Origin: a virus
Length of the DNA stretch: 64,000 bases
Strand: one strand, 5' to 3'
Virus record (IMG/VR): IMGVR_UViG_3300008266_000033
Coordinates: 64,412 to 128,411 of that record
The notes under the pieces are model-generated. The model did not search any database, was not told the origin of the DNA, and saw only the letters and a list, made by a program, of their open reading frames with translations. Shown piece after piece: positions 11,001 through 20,720 of this stretch. Position 1 is the stretch's first letter, and the number at the start of each line of letters is the position of its first letter. Position numbers and translations under genes: made by a program.

Positions 11001-11415
11001 CTATGGAACTTATACCCATCATAGGTCTAAAACCTAGTGTTTTTCCTCCGGTTCCATAAGCTCCTTCTGAACTAATTCCATATCTTAATTCATTATAAGT
11101 TGATGAATCTCGAGGTGCTACTGTACCTGCTTCAACTCCTGGATCAGTAAATACTACGGGTGAAGTACCAGCAAATAATACATATTTTTTAGCTAATTCA
11201 AGTCCTTTTAAACCTAGTGAATTTACAAATTTATAATTACTATTACCTTTAAATTCAACTGAAGACATTAACCTAACATAAGCTACTTTAGAATTTTTAT
11301 AAATAGTTCCAGCTAAATTAGAGTCACTAGAATTAAAATTTCTTCCTAAAAAATCTTGTCTAACTTTAACTTGTTCATCTACATAAGTTTCAAAACTTTC
11401 ACCTAATATATTCAT
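8041..11415 (-). CDS. baseplate hub-like protein with C-terminal N-acetylmuramoyl-L-alanine amidase domain
   Basis: N-terminal hub-like region (LEWG, FNWSY..DG.FDITL); C-terminal IYLHHTA...GIGIEVIN...IYSHG...KVD Zn-amidase motifs. Confidence 0.7.
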   Translation of the reverse strand: MNILGESFETYVDEQVKVRQDFLGRNFNSSDSNLAGTIYKNSKVAYVRLMSSVEFKGNSNYKFVNSLGLKGLELAKKYVLFAGTSPVVFTDPGVEAGTVAPRDSSTYNELRYGISSEGAYGTGGKTLGFRPMMGISSIEVKTDGDGYTTSAVVKIKAYNSEQLEIIEALYLRLGYYMLLEWGNVVYVDNKFNIFTDGGDNTLQEFFFDPAAKYISDMLSAIKTVKKESNGNYDALFGKVINFNWSYSPDGTFDITLNLRSVGDIIEGLKMNSQKLLNEPAPIDANKTTPDPIDLYRDQNAIGALYYTVAKKIIGATGYVWSEVGTPITGISVGEKTFARLKFQGSATSQYYVKFNRLLAEIQSSYVLRFNGDPSLKINYERGKNLIPVNELTISADPRVCIVSRTDTINPQALFPGATNVDSSFTYEFFKDLDPFLFSSGTTSYYGDLMNVYVNFDFLLEKINDLVDEKTNRVSLKQFLNEVLNEISRALGSSNTLEVFVDQENNELKIIDKNPYPYRDTVLQTVGATVRPTTTFNVSGFKALSGQDSQGNPITFIGEGSMVKQLDFQTTIPPDFATIISIGAAANKKSVGEDTTAFSRLNRGLFTRFAEIVTDGNESSTNPDDTPDSLIGASGTFFQYVVGGGDSSNIVWQPEVWEANKSILSNLVYFINKGKANEYKSNSTVSAGSGFIPINVSLTMDGLSGMKIFQKFNLNTEFLPSNYPDAVEILIKGITHTVKNNLWETKIDSVIVGKSADNTAAAPAAKKKKKQKKASSSGGSYKDAAFTGVGSADPATGCPSNQRTRTDHVYVKSEPSGWCVDKYQLSSATDQGSWGSNLTIAKPKIFPKSRIYLHHTATYIQGTNWAGDKGLHVVEACWNPHCLSNGTSLRSTKGWVPSAPFVLDGDGHVERLADERFKYITQGSKFSPDPNVHGIGIEVINPGQAFERGGDWFDASGKNISKGQRGQKYQLGFDGVSGIGIGNGISNIVDWNLNPTTYRTYKYGFTYTGLQMASLRGLLLKLMYSYKIPFIWEGEKTWRSIWYEVDEIGNGLWRTKPGIYSHGSVFGGKVDLVPTLEVVSMLISVGNNGPRNGNLYPATWAQASAFDSAIISKGGKISNFRLNAN

Positions 11416-11717
11416 ATAACATTATTTAAACTATTAAAACTTGATAAAATTCTTGATGGATTAACAGGAATTCTTATTTGGATTCCTTCTGGGATTATTA
11501 ATGAATTTTGGGGTATTGAAGGATTAGCAGAAGATATTATCCACCAATATGATTGATTTCCATAATATCGTTGAGCTAAAAGATCAAATCTATCTCCCTG
11601 GGTTGTATAGACATATGTGTCGTTTTCATTCAAAGGAATTTCAGGGTATATAACAGTTTGGTATAACTGTTTTCCATTTATCTTTTTCTTAGGTACATTT
11701 ATATATCTATTAGACAT
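11412..11717 (-). CDS. LysM-domain baseplate protein (P2 gpX/T4 gp53-like)
   Basis: TTQGDRFDLLAQRYYGNQSYWWII..AN...IPEG.QIRIP. Confidence 0.85.
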   Translation of the reverse strand: MSNRYINVPKKKINGKQLYQTVIYPEIPLNENDTYVYTTQGDRFDLLAQRYYGNQSYWWIISSANPSIPQNSLIIPEGIQIRIPVNPSRILSSFNSLNNVI

Positions 11718-11736
11718 GTTAAAAAAATATTAACCA

Positions 11737-13953
11737 TTAGGGAGTATCTCCCAATATATCATTTATTATTTGTTGTTGATTTTGAGGAGGAGCACTATTA
11801 TCTGGAGGATCAGGAACAGTACCTGGGTCTGGAGGGAGCCCTCCTCCATTATTTTGATTGTTTAAATCAAGAGTTGGGATATCATCGCCTTGTTCGACAT
11901 TAACAGTTATATTAAATGTTTTATTTTGATCAATATATTGTTCATATAAATTATATTCATTTTTATCTTCTATATTATCAAGATTATAATCAGTATTTAA
12001 ATCATCCTCTAAAATATTATTAACTTTAATAGATTGTAATTTTGGCACAAAATTATGAATAGGAATAAAATTAAACCCAGATACTTTAATCATATGAGGT
12101 AATTCATATTCGGTATCCCAAGTTGCATTAGAATCATTCATTTCATAACTAAATCCTGTTATAATACCTAGTTGTTGAATAAAATAACCTCCTATACTTA
12201 ACACAACAAAATTTCCTCTCATATATCCTGTTTCACTATAATTTGGGGCGCATGCTGAGGCTAAATAGTTTAATTTATTATATAATGATTTTAATTCAAT
12301 TTGTGATTGTGCATATACTGTCCAAGATAATGAGACTTTTCTATCAAAACCAGTGTAATTATAAAATTTTTCACCTCTTCCTAAATATCTATAATCTTGC
12401 CATTCTGTACTATAAGTATCAGAAATTTGATCTAGATATGCTCTAAATTGGATATAATTTATAGCCACATTATTTAATGAAACATCTTCTGAACCAAGAG
12501 AAAAAACATCTGTTAATAATTGATAATCTATTATACCTATTCTAAAAGGTATTAAATCAGGAAGAGTTGAAGTATTATTACTGATAGATATACCAGGATT
12601 TGTTTTATATATAGGATAAAGATTTAATTTATCATAAGAATTTATACCTGCAGTATTTCCTAAATTATTACCAACAAAAGTCCCATAAACCTTCTTATCT
12701 AAAGGATTTCCAGGATCTCCTAAAAGATATCTTGATTCTATAGTAGATTTAAGTTGTGAATTATATGGGTTATATTCTCCATCTTGAATAACAGACTCAT
12801 TATTATTTAAAGGTTTTATTATTTCATTTATCTTTTGTCTAAAATCACGTTGTCTAAGATTAGGAATATAACCTTTATATGATCTTTCATTAAAGTAATT
12901 ATCATTACCCCTAACAGTAACAATATTACTATCTGTTGATCCAGCTTCCATTAATTGATTATATCCTAAAGTATAATAATTTATTTCAGGATTTGTAATA
13001 TCGTTAACTAAATTAGTTTTTACAGAAGGATTATCTAAACGAATTCTAGTTCTTCCTATTCCTAAAATAGAATTAGGTCCTCCAGGATAATTAAACAAAA
13101 TATCAGGATCAGTGCCTATATAATCCAATGATATATTACTTGGATTATCATTTAGAAATTTTTTACCATATAGTCTAATTAAACGATTATCTGTTTGAAT
13201 TTCTGTATTTTTTACTACATCAGAATATTTTCTTAAATCTCCAGGACCACCACCAATTAATCCTTGTTTATTAAGATGTAAACCTAAAGGACCTCCTATA
13301 ACTTGAGCTAATGTATTTATTGGATTATAAATACCTTCATTATAAATAAGAGGATTTAAATTAGCAGGATTTAAGAATCCACCTATTACAGTGTTTGATG
13401 AAATTGTTCTAGTTGATTGAGAAGGAAGAGCAGATTTAGAAAGTATATTTTGTTTTAAAATAAAAAGATTTCCTTCAGTAGATTTAAAAAATTTAGTTAT
13501 TCTTTCAAAATCATTTGTTACAGCTTTTGGTAATAAACCTCCTCCTCTAATAAGCCAATCAGGTCCTCCTGTTCCAGCAGCAGCTGGTTTTAAAGAAACA
13601 CTAGTTCCAGAAAAATCAAATAAACTTTTATTTAATGTTCCATCTTCTATACCTCCAACAATAATTCTTGCTGTATTTAATATACCAGAATATAATAAAA
13701 TTGGTCCAACAATTGGTGCAAGACCATCAGCAATTGCACCAATTGCCGAGAGACCTGCTTTACCTAAAACTTCAAAATTTGATGGATCAGGATTGTATGA
13801 AATATTAAAATTAAGATCATTTGTAGTATTTAACTGTTCATTAGTTGCAGGGATAGCTGTTTGAATATAAGGTTGATCAGAAGATCCACCCCCTGACTCA
13901 TCATGTCCAAATTTTAAAGATTTAAGATTGGTTGTAAGATTTATTAAAGCCAT
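11737..13953 (-). CDS. baseplate/tail tube initiator-like protein
   Basis: C-terminal FRAYLDQISD...W..YLGRGEKFYNY.GF.R..S.SW region; lies between tape measure and LysM genes. Confidence 0.6.
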   Translation of the reverse strand: MALINLTTNLKSLKFGHDESGGGSSDQPYIQTAIPATNEQLNTTNDLNFNISYNPDPSNFEVLGKAGLSAIGAIADGLAPIVGPILLYSGILNTARIIVGGIEDGTLNKSLFDFSGTSVSLKPAAAGTGGPDWLIRGGGLLPKAVTNDFERITKFFKSTEGNLFILKQNILSKSALPSQSTRTISSNTVIGGFLNPANLNPLIYNEGIYNPINTLAQVIGGPLGLHLNKQGLIGGGPGDLRKYSDVVKNTEIQTDNRLIRLYGKKFLNDNPSNISLDYIGTDPDILFNYPGGPNSILGIGRTRIRLDNPSVKTNLVNDITNPEINYYTLGYNQLMEAGSTDSNIVTVRGNDNYFNERSYKGYIPNLRQRDFRQKINEIIKPLNNNESVIQDGEYNPYNSQLKSTIESRYLLGDPGNPLDKKVYGTFVGNNLGNTAGINSYDKLNLYPIYKTNPGISISNNTSTLPDLIPFRIGIIDYQLLTDVFSLGSEDVSLNNVAINYIQFRAYLDQISDTYSTEWQDYRYLGRGEKFYNYTGFDRKVSLSWTVYAQSQIELKSLYNKLNYLASACAPNYSETGYMRGNFVVLSIGGYFIQQLGIITGFSYEMNDSNATWDTEYELPHMIKVSGFNFIPIHNFVPKLQSIKVNNILEDDLNTDYNLDNIEDKNEYNLYEQYIDQNKTFNITVNVEQGDDIPTLDLNNQNNGGGLPPDPGTVPDPPDNSAPPQNQQQIINDILGDTP

Positions 13954-14026
13954 TTATTTTTAAGGAATTTTATTTTCCTTTTTTGCCTTTTTATTTTATA
14001 TTTTTTTATTTAATCTAGTGGGGTAT

Positions 14027-14230
14027 TTATTGAACAATTGGGCTCCTGATATGTCCCCCCTTTTTCTTACCGCCTGCTTTTACAGCTAATGGAGAAGGAA
14101 TATTTCCATTATCAGTATCAACTGTTCGTTGAACAATTGGGCTCCTGATATGTCCCCCCTTTTTCTTACCGCCTGCTTTTTCAGTTAATGGAGTATCTTT
14201 ATTTAAAAATTTGTCTTCTAAACTAGCCAT
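14027..14230 (-). CDS. small basic protein with internal duplication
   Basis: KAGGKKKGGHIRSPIVQ occurs twice; own late motif at 14248-14257. Confidence 0.7.
   Translation of the reverse strand: MASLEDKFLNKDTPLTEKAGGKKKGGHIRSPIVQRTVDTDNGNIPSPLAVKAGGKKKGGHIRSPIVQ
14030..14180. repeat. 52-bp perfect direct repeat, period 99 bp
   Basis: 14030-14081 is identical to 14129-14180. Confidence 0.9.
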
Positions 14231-14265
14231 GATTTATATGTTTTTTATTATAAATATTAATTTTT

Positions 14266-16860
14266 TTATTTTAGTATTTCAGTACTTAAACCTTCATTTA
14301 ATTTTACCCCACTTATTGATATTACTGGGTTATAATTTTTATTAGCTATAGTATTGTTTAACATGTCTAATTTATTTAACATATTTTCTAATATTTTTAA
14401 TGAATTAGTTCCTAAGTATGCTTCACCAGTATCTACTTTTGCAAGCCCTCCTTTTAATACTACACCTCCATTAGCTAATTCTTCTATATTTACTCCTTGA
14501 GCTTGTTGTACTATTCCTTCAGGATAAGCACCTGGATTACCTAATATATCTTGGATTAATTGTTTATTATCTGTTGACATAGGGGTTCTACTGTTGTCAG
14601 GATCTCTACCTGAGGCATGAAATATCGCTCTAGCATTAGCTATATCATCAATATCCATTCCTGGGATGAATACTCCTGATCCCCCAAATGCATTAGCTGT
14701 TCCACTAATTGCTCCCATAGATACAGTATCTAATATTTGCATTCCTGAACCACCTAAAGATTCAAGATATCCTCCAATTCCTGTATTTGTAGTTCTTTTA
14801 TCTGAAAGAAAATCATATTGATCTTTTAAAGTTTGAGCTACAGCAACACCAGCTGCTAAACGTCCTGCTGCTCTACCAAAACCACCCATTTTACCTCCAC
14901 CACCAGGTCCACCAGGTCCCGGACCACCCCCCGGTCCGCCAGGCATTTGATTAACAACAAATACTTTTTGAATTCCAGTAACCATTCTTGTAACACCATG
15001 AAATAAAGTCATGATAGCAGCCCCCATTCCTATAGTCCCTGCTACTGGAAGAATATATTTTATTCCTGGGATTTTAGTTATATTAGAAAGCATATCAAGA
15101 ACTGTTTGAGACATTTTTCCTAAAGGTCCTTCAACTAAAGATACAAACTGGCCTTTAATTTTTTTTATAGTATTTTCAAATTTTTCCTGGTTATCCAGTT
15201 CCATTTTAGCTACATCAAAATTCTTATTTCTTAAAGTTAGCTTTTCTAATTCTGCTGCTTTTTCATATTCTCCATTTTCTCTATAAGCCTTCATTTGTTT
15301 TTCTAATTCAATTCTTGAAGCCTTATCTAAATTATTCAATTGTTCTTTTTTAATTAAAGTATCTACTAATTCATCTGATGTCATTCCTATAGCTTTAGCT
15401 AAGGCATTTTGTTGAATAACATTTAAGTTTTGGAAATCATTTAAACTTCCAACATTTCTCATTAATTCTTCCGCAGCTCCTGCTGAATCCCCCATTAAAG
15501 CTAAATATCTAGCTTTTTCTAAATTTAAATCCCGGCCTGTTAATAATTCTGCTTCTAATTCTGCAGTTATAGATTCCTCAAAATTTAATAAACTATTTGA
15601 AGCTTTTTTAGCATCTTGTAAAGTTAATCCTAATTTTTGTGTTTGGATTACTGCTTTTGCTATTAGATCAGGACTACCTTTGTATTGGGCAAATAATTGA
15701 CCATTTACTTTAGCTACTTCTTGAATAATTTTTTTATTATTTAATAATCTTGGGGTTTGTTTTCCTATAGCATTAACTATACCAACTGCATCTTGTCCTG
15801 TTAATTGAGCTAATTGTTCAAATCGAGCTGCTTCTTCATTATTTAAACCTAATCTAGTTGTTAAATCTATATTATTTTTTAATACCTGATCTGAAAACAT
15901 AACAGATGTTCCAAAAGCATCATTAAGACTTAAAAAAGCAGTTTTTAAATTTTCTTGATTAAGAAGAATATCTGAGGTGTTTCCTGCAATTTTAGAAAAG
16001 TTTTCATTTAAAATATGAGATTCTTCAGTTATTAAACCTAAAGATTTAGATATTTCTCTGGTTCTTTTATTAAATTCGTTTGCGATATCTATAACGAATT
16101 TAAAAGCTGCAATTATTAAACTTAATTGTACTAAAGGATCTTTTAAAGCTGTTGCCACACCACTAAATATTCCTTTAATACCAGTTCCTAATACTAAAAA
16201 TGAATTTCCAGATTTTGCAGCTTCACGAAGATCAGCATTCATCTGTTTAAAATATTTACTGTCAATTCCTATTTTAGCAAGTGTTTTTTGGATTCCATTA
16301 AAAAATGCCCCAGTTACTCCTAATGTTTTTTCAATATTTTTTTCTGTTTCATATAATTCCTCAGCTAATTCATTTAATCTAGTTAAATAACCTGTTCTTT
16401 GATCTAAAGCTTTAGTCAACTCTTGTTGCATCTGGAGATTTAATCCAGTTACTCTAGCTTGGGATAATTCATATTTTAAAATTTCTATTTCGGCTTTAAC
16501 CTTTTTTGAAATAGATTTTAATTCAACAGAATCTAAAGTTCCTCCTTCTTTTTTATGGTAATTTAATTTTCTAGCTAATGAATCTAATTCATCATAACTA
16601 TCTACTATCTTATCAGCAGCTGATTGGGTAGCCCCTAAACCATCAACTAATTTTTCAACAGATCTAGCAATATTACCAAAAATTCCTTCTAAAATTCTAA
16701 CTTCATAAGTTAAATCATTAACAAGTTTAGCGGCTTTACTTATATTACCCCCTAAATTATTAATTTCTGCATTTACATCAGCAAAGCCTGTACCTCCTAG
16801 ATCTTTAATTCTTTGATCTAAATCTCTAATTTGTCTTTCTAAATCTGCAAAAGTAGCCAT
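14266..16860 (-). CDS. tail tape measure protein
   Basis: 864-aa helical, Ala/Leu/Gly-rich protein with hydrophobic segments and C-terminal LANGGVV...GEA motif; follows tube and chaperone genes. Confidence 0.85.
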   Translation of the reverse strand: MATFADLERQIRDLDQRIKDLGGTGFADVNAEINNLGGNISKAAKLVNDLTYEVRILEGIFGNIARSVEKLVDGLGATQSAADKIVDSYDELDSLARKLNYHKKEGGTLDSVELKSISKKVKAEIEILKYELSQARVTGLNLQMQQELTKALDQRTGYLTRLNELAEELYETEKNIEKTLGVTGAFFNGIQKTLAKIGIDSKYFKQMNADLREAAKSGNSFLVLGTGIKGIFSGVATALKDPLVQLSLIIAAFKFVIDIANEFNKRTREISKSLGLITEESHILNENFSKIAGNTSDILLNQENLKTAFLSLNDAFGTSVMFSDQVLKNNIDLTTRLGLNNEEAARFEQLAQLTGQDAVGIVNAIGKQTPRLLNNKKIIQEVAKVNGQLFAQYKGSPDLIAKAVIQTQKLGLTLQDAKKASNSLLNFEESITAELEAELLTGRDLNLEKARYLALMGDSAGAAEELMRNVGSLNDFQNLNVIQQNALAKAIGMTSDELVDTLIKKEQLNNLDKASRIELEKQMKAYRENGEYEKAAELEKLTLRNKNFDVAKMELDNQEKFENTIKKIKGQFVSLVEGPLGKMSQTVLDMLSNITKIPGIKYILPVAGTIGMGAAIMTLFHGVTRMVTGIQKVFVVNQMPGGPGGGPGPGGPGGGGKMGGFGRAAGRLAAGVAVAQTLKDQYDFLSDKRTTNTGIGGYLESLGGSGMQILDTVSMGAISGTANAFGGSGVFIPGMDIDDIANARAIFHASGRDPDNSRTPMSTDNKQLIQDILGNPGAYPEGIVQQAQGVNIEELANGGVVLKGGLAKVDTGEAYLGTNSLKILENMLNKLDMLNNTIANKNYNPVISISGVKLNEGLSTEILK

Positions 16861-16894
16861 TAACTATATGTTTTATTATAAATACAAAAAGGTA

Positions 16895-17173
16895 TCACTT
16901 TTTTGATACCTTTGTTGTATATGTTGGTTTTTCTTTAGGGATGATGTTATCTGCTTTAGCCTGTTTTAAAACAGATATTGATTTATTTACTACATCTTCG
17001 GTGTCGTCCTTAGAATACTTCGTTTTATAATGTTGATATATTTTATTATAAGTGAATTTTCTTAACCAAATGGGCATGTTATAAACTGTTTCAAAATTAT
17101 AACCTCCCTGTCCCCAAAAAACTATTTCATGTATTTCGGAAAATAAAAAATCTCTATACTCAGGCGTCAGGCC
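16895..17173 (-). CDS. tail assembly chaperone C-terminal extension (gpT-like), probably reached by frameshift
   Basis: Frame is open from the T7 run (17174-17180): GLTPEYRDFLFSEIHEIVFWGQGGYNFETVYNMPIWLRKF...; the ORF track starts it only at the internal ATG 17077. Confidence 0.65.
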   Translation of the reverse strand, partial: GLTPEYRDFLFSEIHEIVFWGQGGYNFETVYNMPIWLRKFTYNKIYQHYKTKYSKDDTEDVVNKSISVLKQAKADNIIPKEKPTYTTKVSKK

Positions 17174-17921
17174 AAAAAAAGTTAAGAGTAATTGGTACGT
17201 TGATGTCCTCCTCTACACCGCTTTCGAATTGATAAGTATATTTTAAGTCTATTCCTGGGGATATTGTAGCTACATATTCTCTAAATGCTTTGGCATCTCG
17301 AGCTAATAAACCATTGTTAATAAAATTATTTATAGTTTCTGGTGAACTATCTCCATTAACTGAGATTATCATGTGTCTAAGTCTAGTAACTAGTTCAAAA
17401 TTATCTTTAGGATTAATTTTCTTTAATCCTTTGATTTCTTTATCTATATTTTGTTCATCTTTATTAGTTAATAACTTAAATGTTATTTTATTATTTGTAT
17501 TAGGAAGTTTAAAACTAAATTCATTTCTTCCTGGTGAAACTAAATTATCAACAACAAGAGATTTTTCTTTTAGTTGAGTTAAATCTACAGTAACTTTCTC
17601 TGTAGAACTATTAGCATAAGAATAATAACTAAAAGTATAGTCTTTTCCATATCCTAAAATTCTAGCAGATAACATTAAAAGATCTTTATCACCTATCAAA
17701 AGATCATCATAATTGAATTTAGTCACCACCATTGATTGGAGTAATTTATCAATTACTATCCCCTGTTCAATATAGTTTCTGTTAGTTAAAATATCTTCTT
17801 CCCTAGCAGTCATGTATTTCATTTCTACTTTTCCGGATGCTAAAGGAGAATCTGGTGGGTAAAGTAAACCCTTAGAGGGTAATTCAATTATTTCCGTTGG
17901 GAAATTAAAATTTGATTCCAT
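17160..17921 (-). CDS. tail assembly chaperone / baseplate hub assembly protein (gp26/gp51-like)
   Basis: IELPSKG..Y, MTAREEDIL, L.IGD, ARILGYG, ends NFFWPDA; lies between tube and tape measure. Confidence 0.75.
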   Translation of the reverse strand: MESNFNFPTEIIELPSKGLLYPPDSPLASGKVEMKYMTAREEDILTNRNYIEQGIVIDKLLQSMVVTKFNYDDLLIGDKDLLMLSARILGYGKDYTFSYYSYANSSTEKVTVDLTQLKEKSLVVDNLVSPGRNEFSFKLPNTNNKITFKLLTNKDEQNIDKEIKGLKKINPKDNFELVTRLRHMIISVNGDSSPETINNFINNGLLARDAKAFREYVATISPGIDLKYTYQFESGVEEDINVPITLNFFWPDA

Positions 17922-17980
17922 TTAATATAACTTTTTTAAATTAAAGATTGTTATTTTATTATAAATATCATAAAAAAAAT

Positions 17981-18010
17981 AAAAAAAGGCTCGGGACATC
18001 CAAGCCTTTT
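17981..18010 (-). terminator. intrinsic terminator after tail tube gene
   Basis: Sense AAAAGGCTTGGATGTCCCGAGCCTTTTTTT. Confidence 0.75.
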
Positions 18011-18027
18011 AAAATTTTTTAAATTTA

Positions 18028-18516
18028 TTAGAAGTTTAGTACACAGTAATCAGGTTGAACTGTCATAGTAATACTCTGAGCAGCAGATTCATTATCATAG
18101 CTATATTCACCAAAGTTAGCTTCAGTGATTAAAGCTCCTTTAATAATCCATTCAGAAACAATATCTCCTACAGGACCTAATACGTTAAAAGTAAGATCTC
18201 TTTTATAGAAGTCCGAATACCCATCTCTACCTGTTACAGATTCATGATGTAAACGTACCCATTCCATTACTGCTTGAGCACCAGATGGTGTAATAGGATC
18301 AAATAGTGTAAAAGTAATTGTACCCCATTTAGATTTACCCTTAACAAATCTTTGAATGTTTATATGGTTAAGAGCAATTGATTCTTGAGTTAATGTAATA
18401 GCACTTACTCCTTTAATTATATATGAAGGAATACCTCCAATATACATAACAAATCTGTTTTGCTGTTTGGGTTCAAATGGAGTAAAAAATATTTCGTTTG
18501 GATTTAAAATTGCCAT
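18028..18516 (-). CDS. tail tube protein (gp19-like)
   Basis: FEPKQQNRF, GKSKW..IT.TLFDPI, EW..LHHES.TGRDGY..FYK; follows the sheath gene. Confidence 0.88.
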   Translation of the reverse strand: MAILNPNEIFFTPFEPKQQNRFVMYIGGIPSYIIKGVSAITLTQESIALNHINIQRFVKGKSKWGTITFTLFDPITPSGAQAVMEWVRLHHESVTGRDGYSDFYKRDLTFNVLGPVGDIVSEWIIKGALITEANFGEYSYDNESAAQSITMTVQPDYCVLNF

Positions 18517-18554
18517 GTCTTTTTATTATTTTTTATTATAAATATCAATTTTTT

Positions 18555-18586
18555 AAAAAAGGGGTGGGTTATTAATCCACCCCTTT
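18555..18586 (-). terminator. intrinsic terminator after tail sheath gene
   Basis: GGGGTGGATT-AAT-AACCCACCCC followed by a T-run. Confidence 0.8.
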
Positions 18587-18593
18587 AAAAATT

Positions 18594-20663
18594 TTAATCA
18601 AAAGTTACTCCAGTTGGTGTGATGTTGAATGTTAAGTAAATAAATTCAGCTGTTTTAGTTGGTTGTAAATAAATTTGACCAACTAACTGATTTCTATCTA
18701 TCACATCTGGTGTATTGTTTGAATCATCCATTACTATTCTAAAAGCATATAATCCTTGACGTTGTTGAACACTTGCTAAATATGGATCAACTTGAGATAA
18801 GAAACTATTTCTTGTAGCTATAGTATTTTGTTCAAACACTAATGTATTAGCTACTTGAGAAATATATGATTTAAGAGCAATTAATAAACGACGAACATTT
18901 ACTCTATCAAGTGCTGAGGCTTTTAATTGTAAGGTTTTCTGACCATATACCACAATACCTTGTCCTGGGAATGTTGCAATTGGATTTACTTTATTTTGGT
19001 ATAAGTTATCACGAGTTGATTGAGATAATTTTTGTTCAACTCTAATTACAGTTGATAAACCACCTCTATTAATGCCTGCAGGAGCAAACCAAGGTTCAGC
19101 AATGTAGTCATTATTTGAATACACACCAGCAATCATAGTTGAAGCAGGTACCCAAACATTTTTACCTGTTGCTGGGTCAACTATTTGACACCATGGCCAA
19201 TAAGCAGCAGCATATGATGTATCTCTAGATGATGCTTGTGAAATAACTTCTTGAGCAGTTGAAGCATATCCAACTAAATCTACTACATATATATTATCTC
19301 CTCTTTCTTGAGTATTATTTATAATTGTAGATATTTTGGAAGTATGAGTTGTGAATTCATCTATTAATCCTGGGGTGAATAATATGTTGAATCTATAATC
19401 ATCTTGATTTGATAATAGATTAATCATATTAGTATAATTAGCTGCTACTAATCCTTGAGAATTATTTTCTTCAATTTCATTCCAAAATTTAGTCCCTGCT
19501 TTTACATCACCCGTAGCTCCAGTAAATGAACCACTTTGAGCAATAGGAAGTGAAGCTGTATATTGAGATTTAAATTGTCCATTATTGTCAAAATAATTTG
19601 GAGTTAATTGATTAACTGATTTAACTCTTATATATCTACTTCCATTTGGATAGGAACCACTTAATTCAATTTGATTAGTTGAAGGATTGTAATTATAAAT
19701 ATAATCACCTATTACTTTAGAAATATAATTAGAAGTAAAAGGATCTAATGATACAGTAAAAGTTTCTAATACTGTTGGGGAATTAGTAACATCATCTCCT
19801 TGTCTAATTAATATTGTAAATTGACCTGAAGAAGATACTGGGTTAATGATTTGCCATCTTATGTTATTAACTGAGCCGCTTACTAAAGCACCAGCACTAT
19901 CTTCACTTCCTGAGCTATTCATAATAACTCCTTCAGAGATAGTTTCTAATACAAATGATGGTTGATTTGTTCCTCCTGTAAACGATACTGTAGTACTTCC
20001 TGAAATAAATGAATATGTATTTCCTGTTAATCCGTTTACTCCAGTAGTTGAGTTAAATAAAATTCCTGTAGAAGCAGAAACACTTGAGGTAATGTATTGT
20101 AAAGAAGTATTATAAGGAGATACAGAAGCACTAGCATTAAATGCGGCAACTACAGCTGTTGTTGTGTTTGCAGCAGATGAACCAGATGATACATAAATTG
20201 CAGTACTAGTATTAGTTGGTAATGAACTTCCTGTTACAGTAAATGTAATTCCTCTAACACTAAATGATGCTGAACCAACTGAAGCAGCACCGGTATGAAG
20301 ATAAGTAAATTCTGCATTAGCTGATGCTGTAGTAGCTAAAATATTACTATTAATAGTAGTAGAAATTGCAGGAGAATATGAACCAGAAACTACTCTTGCT
20401 ACTAATAATGATAAGCCATTATTATTAAAATAATTATAAGCGGCAATAGAAGTAAAATAAGAATACGTATCACTTCCGCTTAATAATACATCCCCAAATT
20501 TACTAACATAGTCACTATAAGAAGTTACTATAGTAGGTAATTCAACAGGTCCTTTAACTGTAGGTCCGATAATAGCGGCTCCTACAGTTACTGGTTGTTG
20601 TCTGATAAAAGACTGGTCGTTTTCTATTGCTAAAACACCAGGTGATAATAAAACGTTAGCCAT
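18594..20663 (-). CDS. contractile tail sheath protein (gp18-like)
   Basis: LSPGV...END, GPTVKGP, YWPW, WFAPAG.NRG, VNPIATFPG.G, YGQKTL, RVNVRRL, FEQN, PTKTAEFI. Confidence 0.95.
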   Translation of the reverse strand: MANVLLSPGVLAIENDQSFIRQQPVTVGAAIIGPTVKGPVELPTIVTSYSDYVSKFGDVLLSGSDTYSYFTSIAAYNYFNNNGLSLLVARVVSGSYSPAISTTINSNILATTASANAEFTYLHTGAASVGSASFSVRGITFTVTGSSLPTNTSTAIYVSSGSSAANTTTAVVAAFNASASVSPYNTSLQYITSSVSASTGILFNSTTGVNGLTGNTYSFISGSTTVSFTGGTNQPSFVLETISEGVIMNSSGSEDSAGALVSGSVNNIRWQIINPVSSSGQFTILIRQGDDVTNSPTVLETFTVSLDPFTSNYISKVIGDYIYNYNPSTNQIELSGSYPNGSRYIRVKSVNQLTPNYFDNNGQFKSQYTASLPIAQSGSFTGATGDVKAGTKFWNEIEENNSQGLVAANYTNMINLLSNQDDYRFNILFTPGLIDEFTTHTSKISTIINNTQERGDNIYVVDLVGYASTAQEVISQASSRDTSYAAAYWPWCQIVDPATGKNVWVPASTMIAGVYSNNDYIAEPWFAPAGINRGGLSTVIRVEQKLSQSTRDNLYQNKVNPIATFPGQGIVVYGQKTLQLKASALDRVNVRRLLIALKSYISQVANTLVFEQNTIATRNSFLSQVDPYLASVQQRQGLYAFRIVMDDSNNTPDVIDRNQLVGQIYLQPTKTAEFIYLTFNITPTGVTFD

Positions 20664-20720
20664 ATTTTATTTAATTTTTTTAAGTTTTGTTATAAATATG
20701 GCAACCCTTTGCGAAAAACT

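Noticed and set aside
14030-14180. Direct repeat as a possible CRISPR mini-array or att site
   Set aside because: Only two copies, in frame within a coding sequence (period 99 = 33 codons); no cas or integrase genes in the window.
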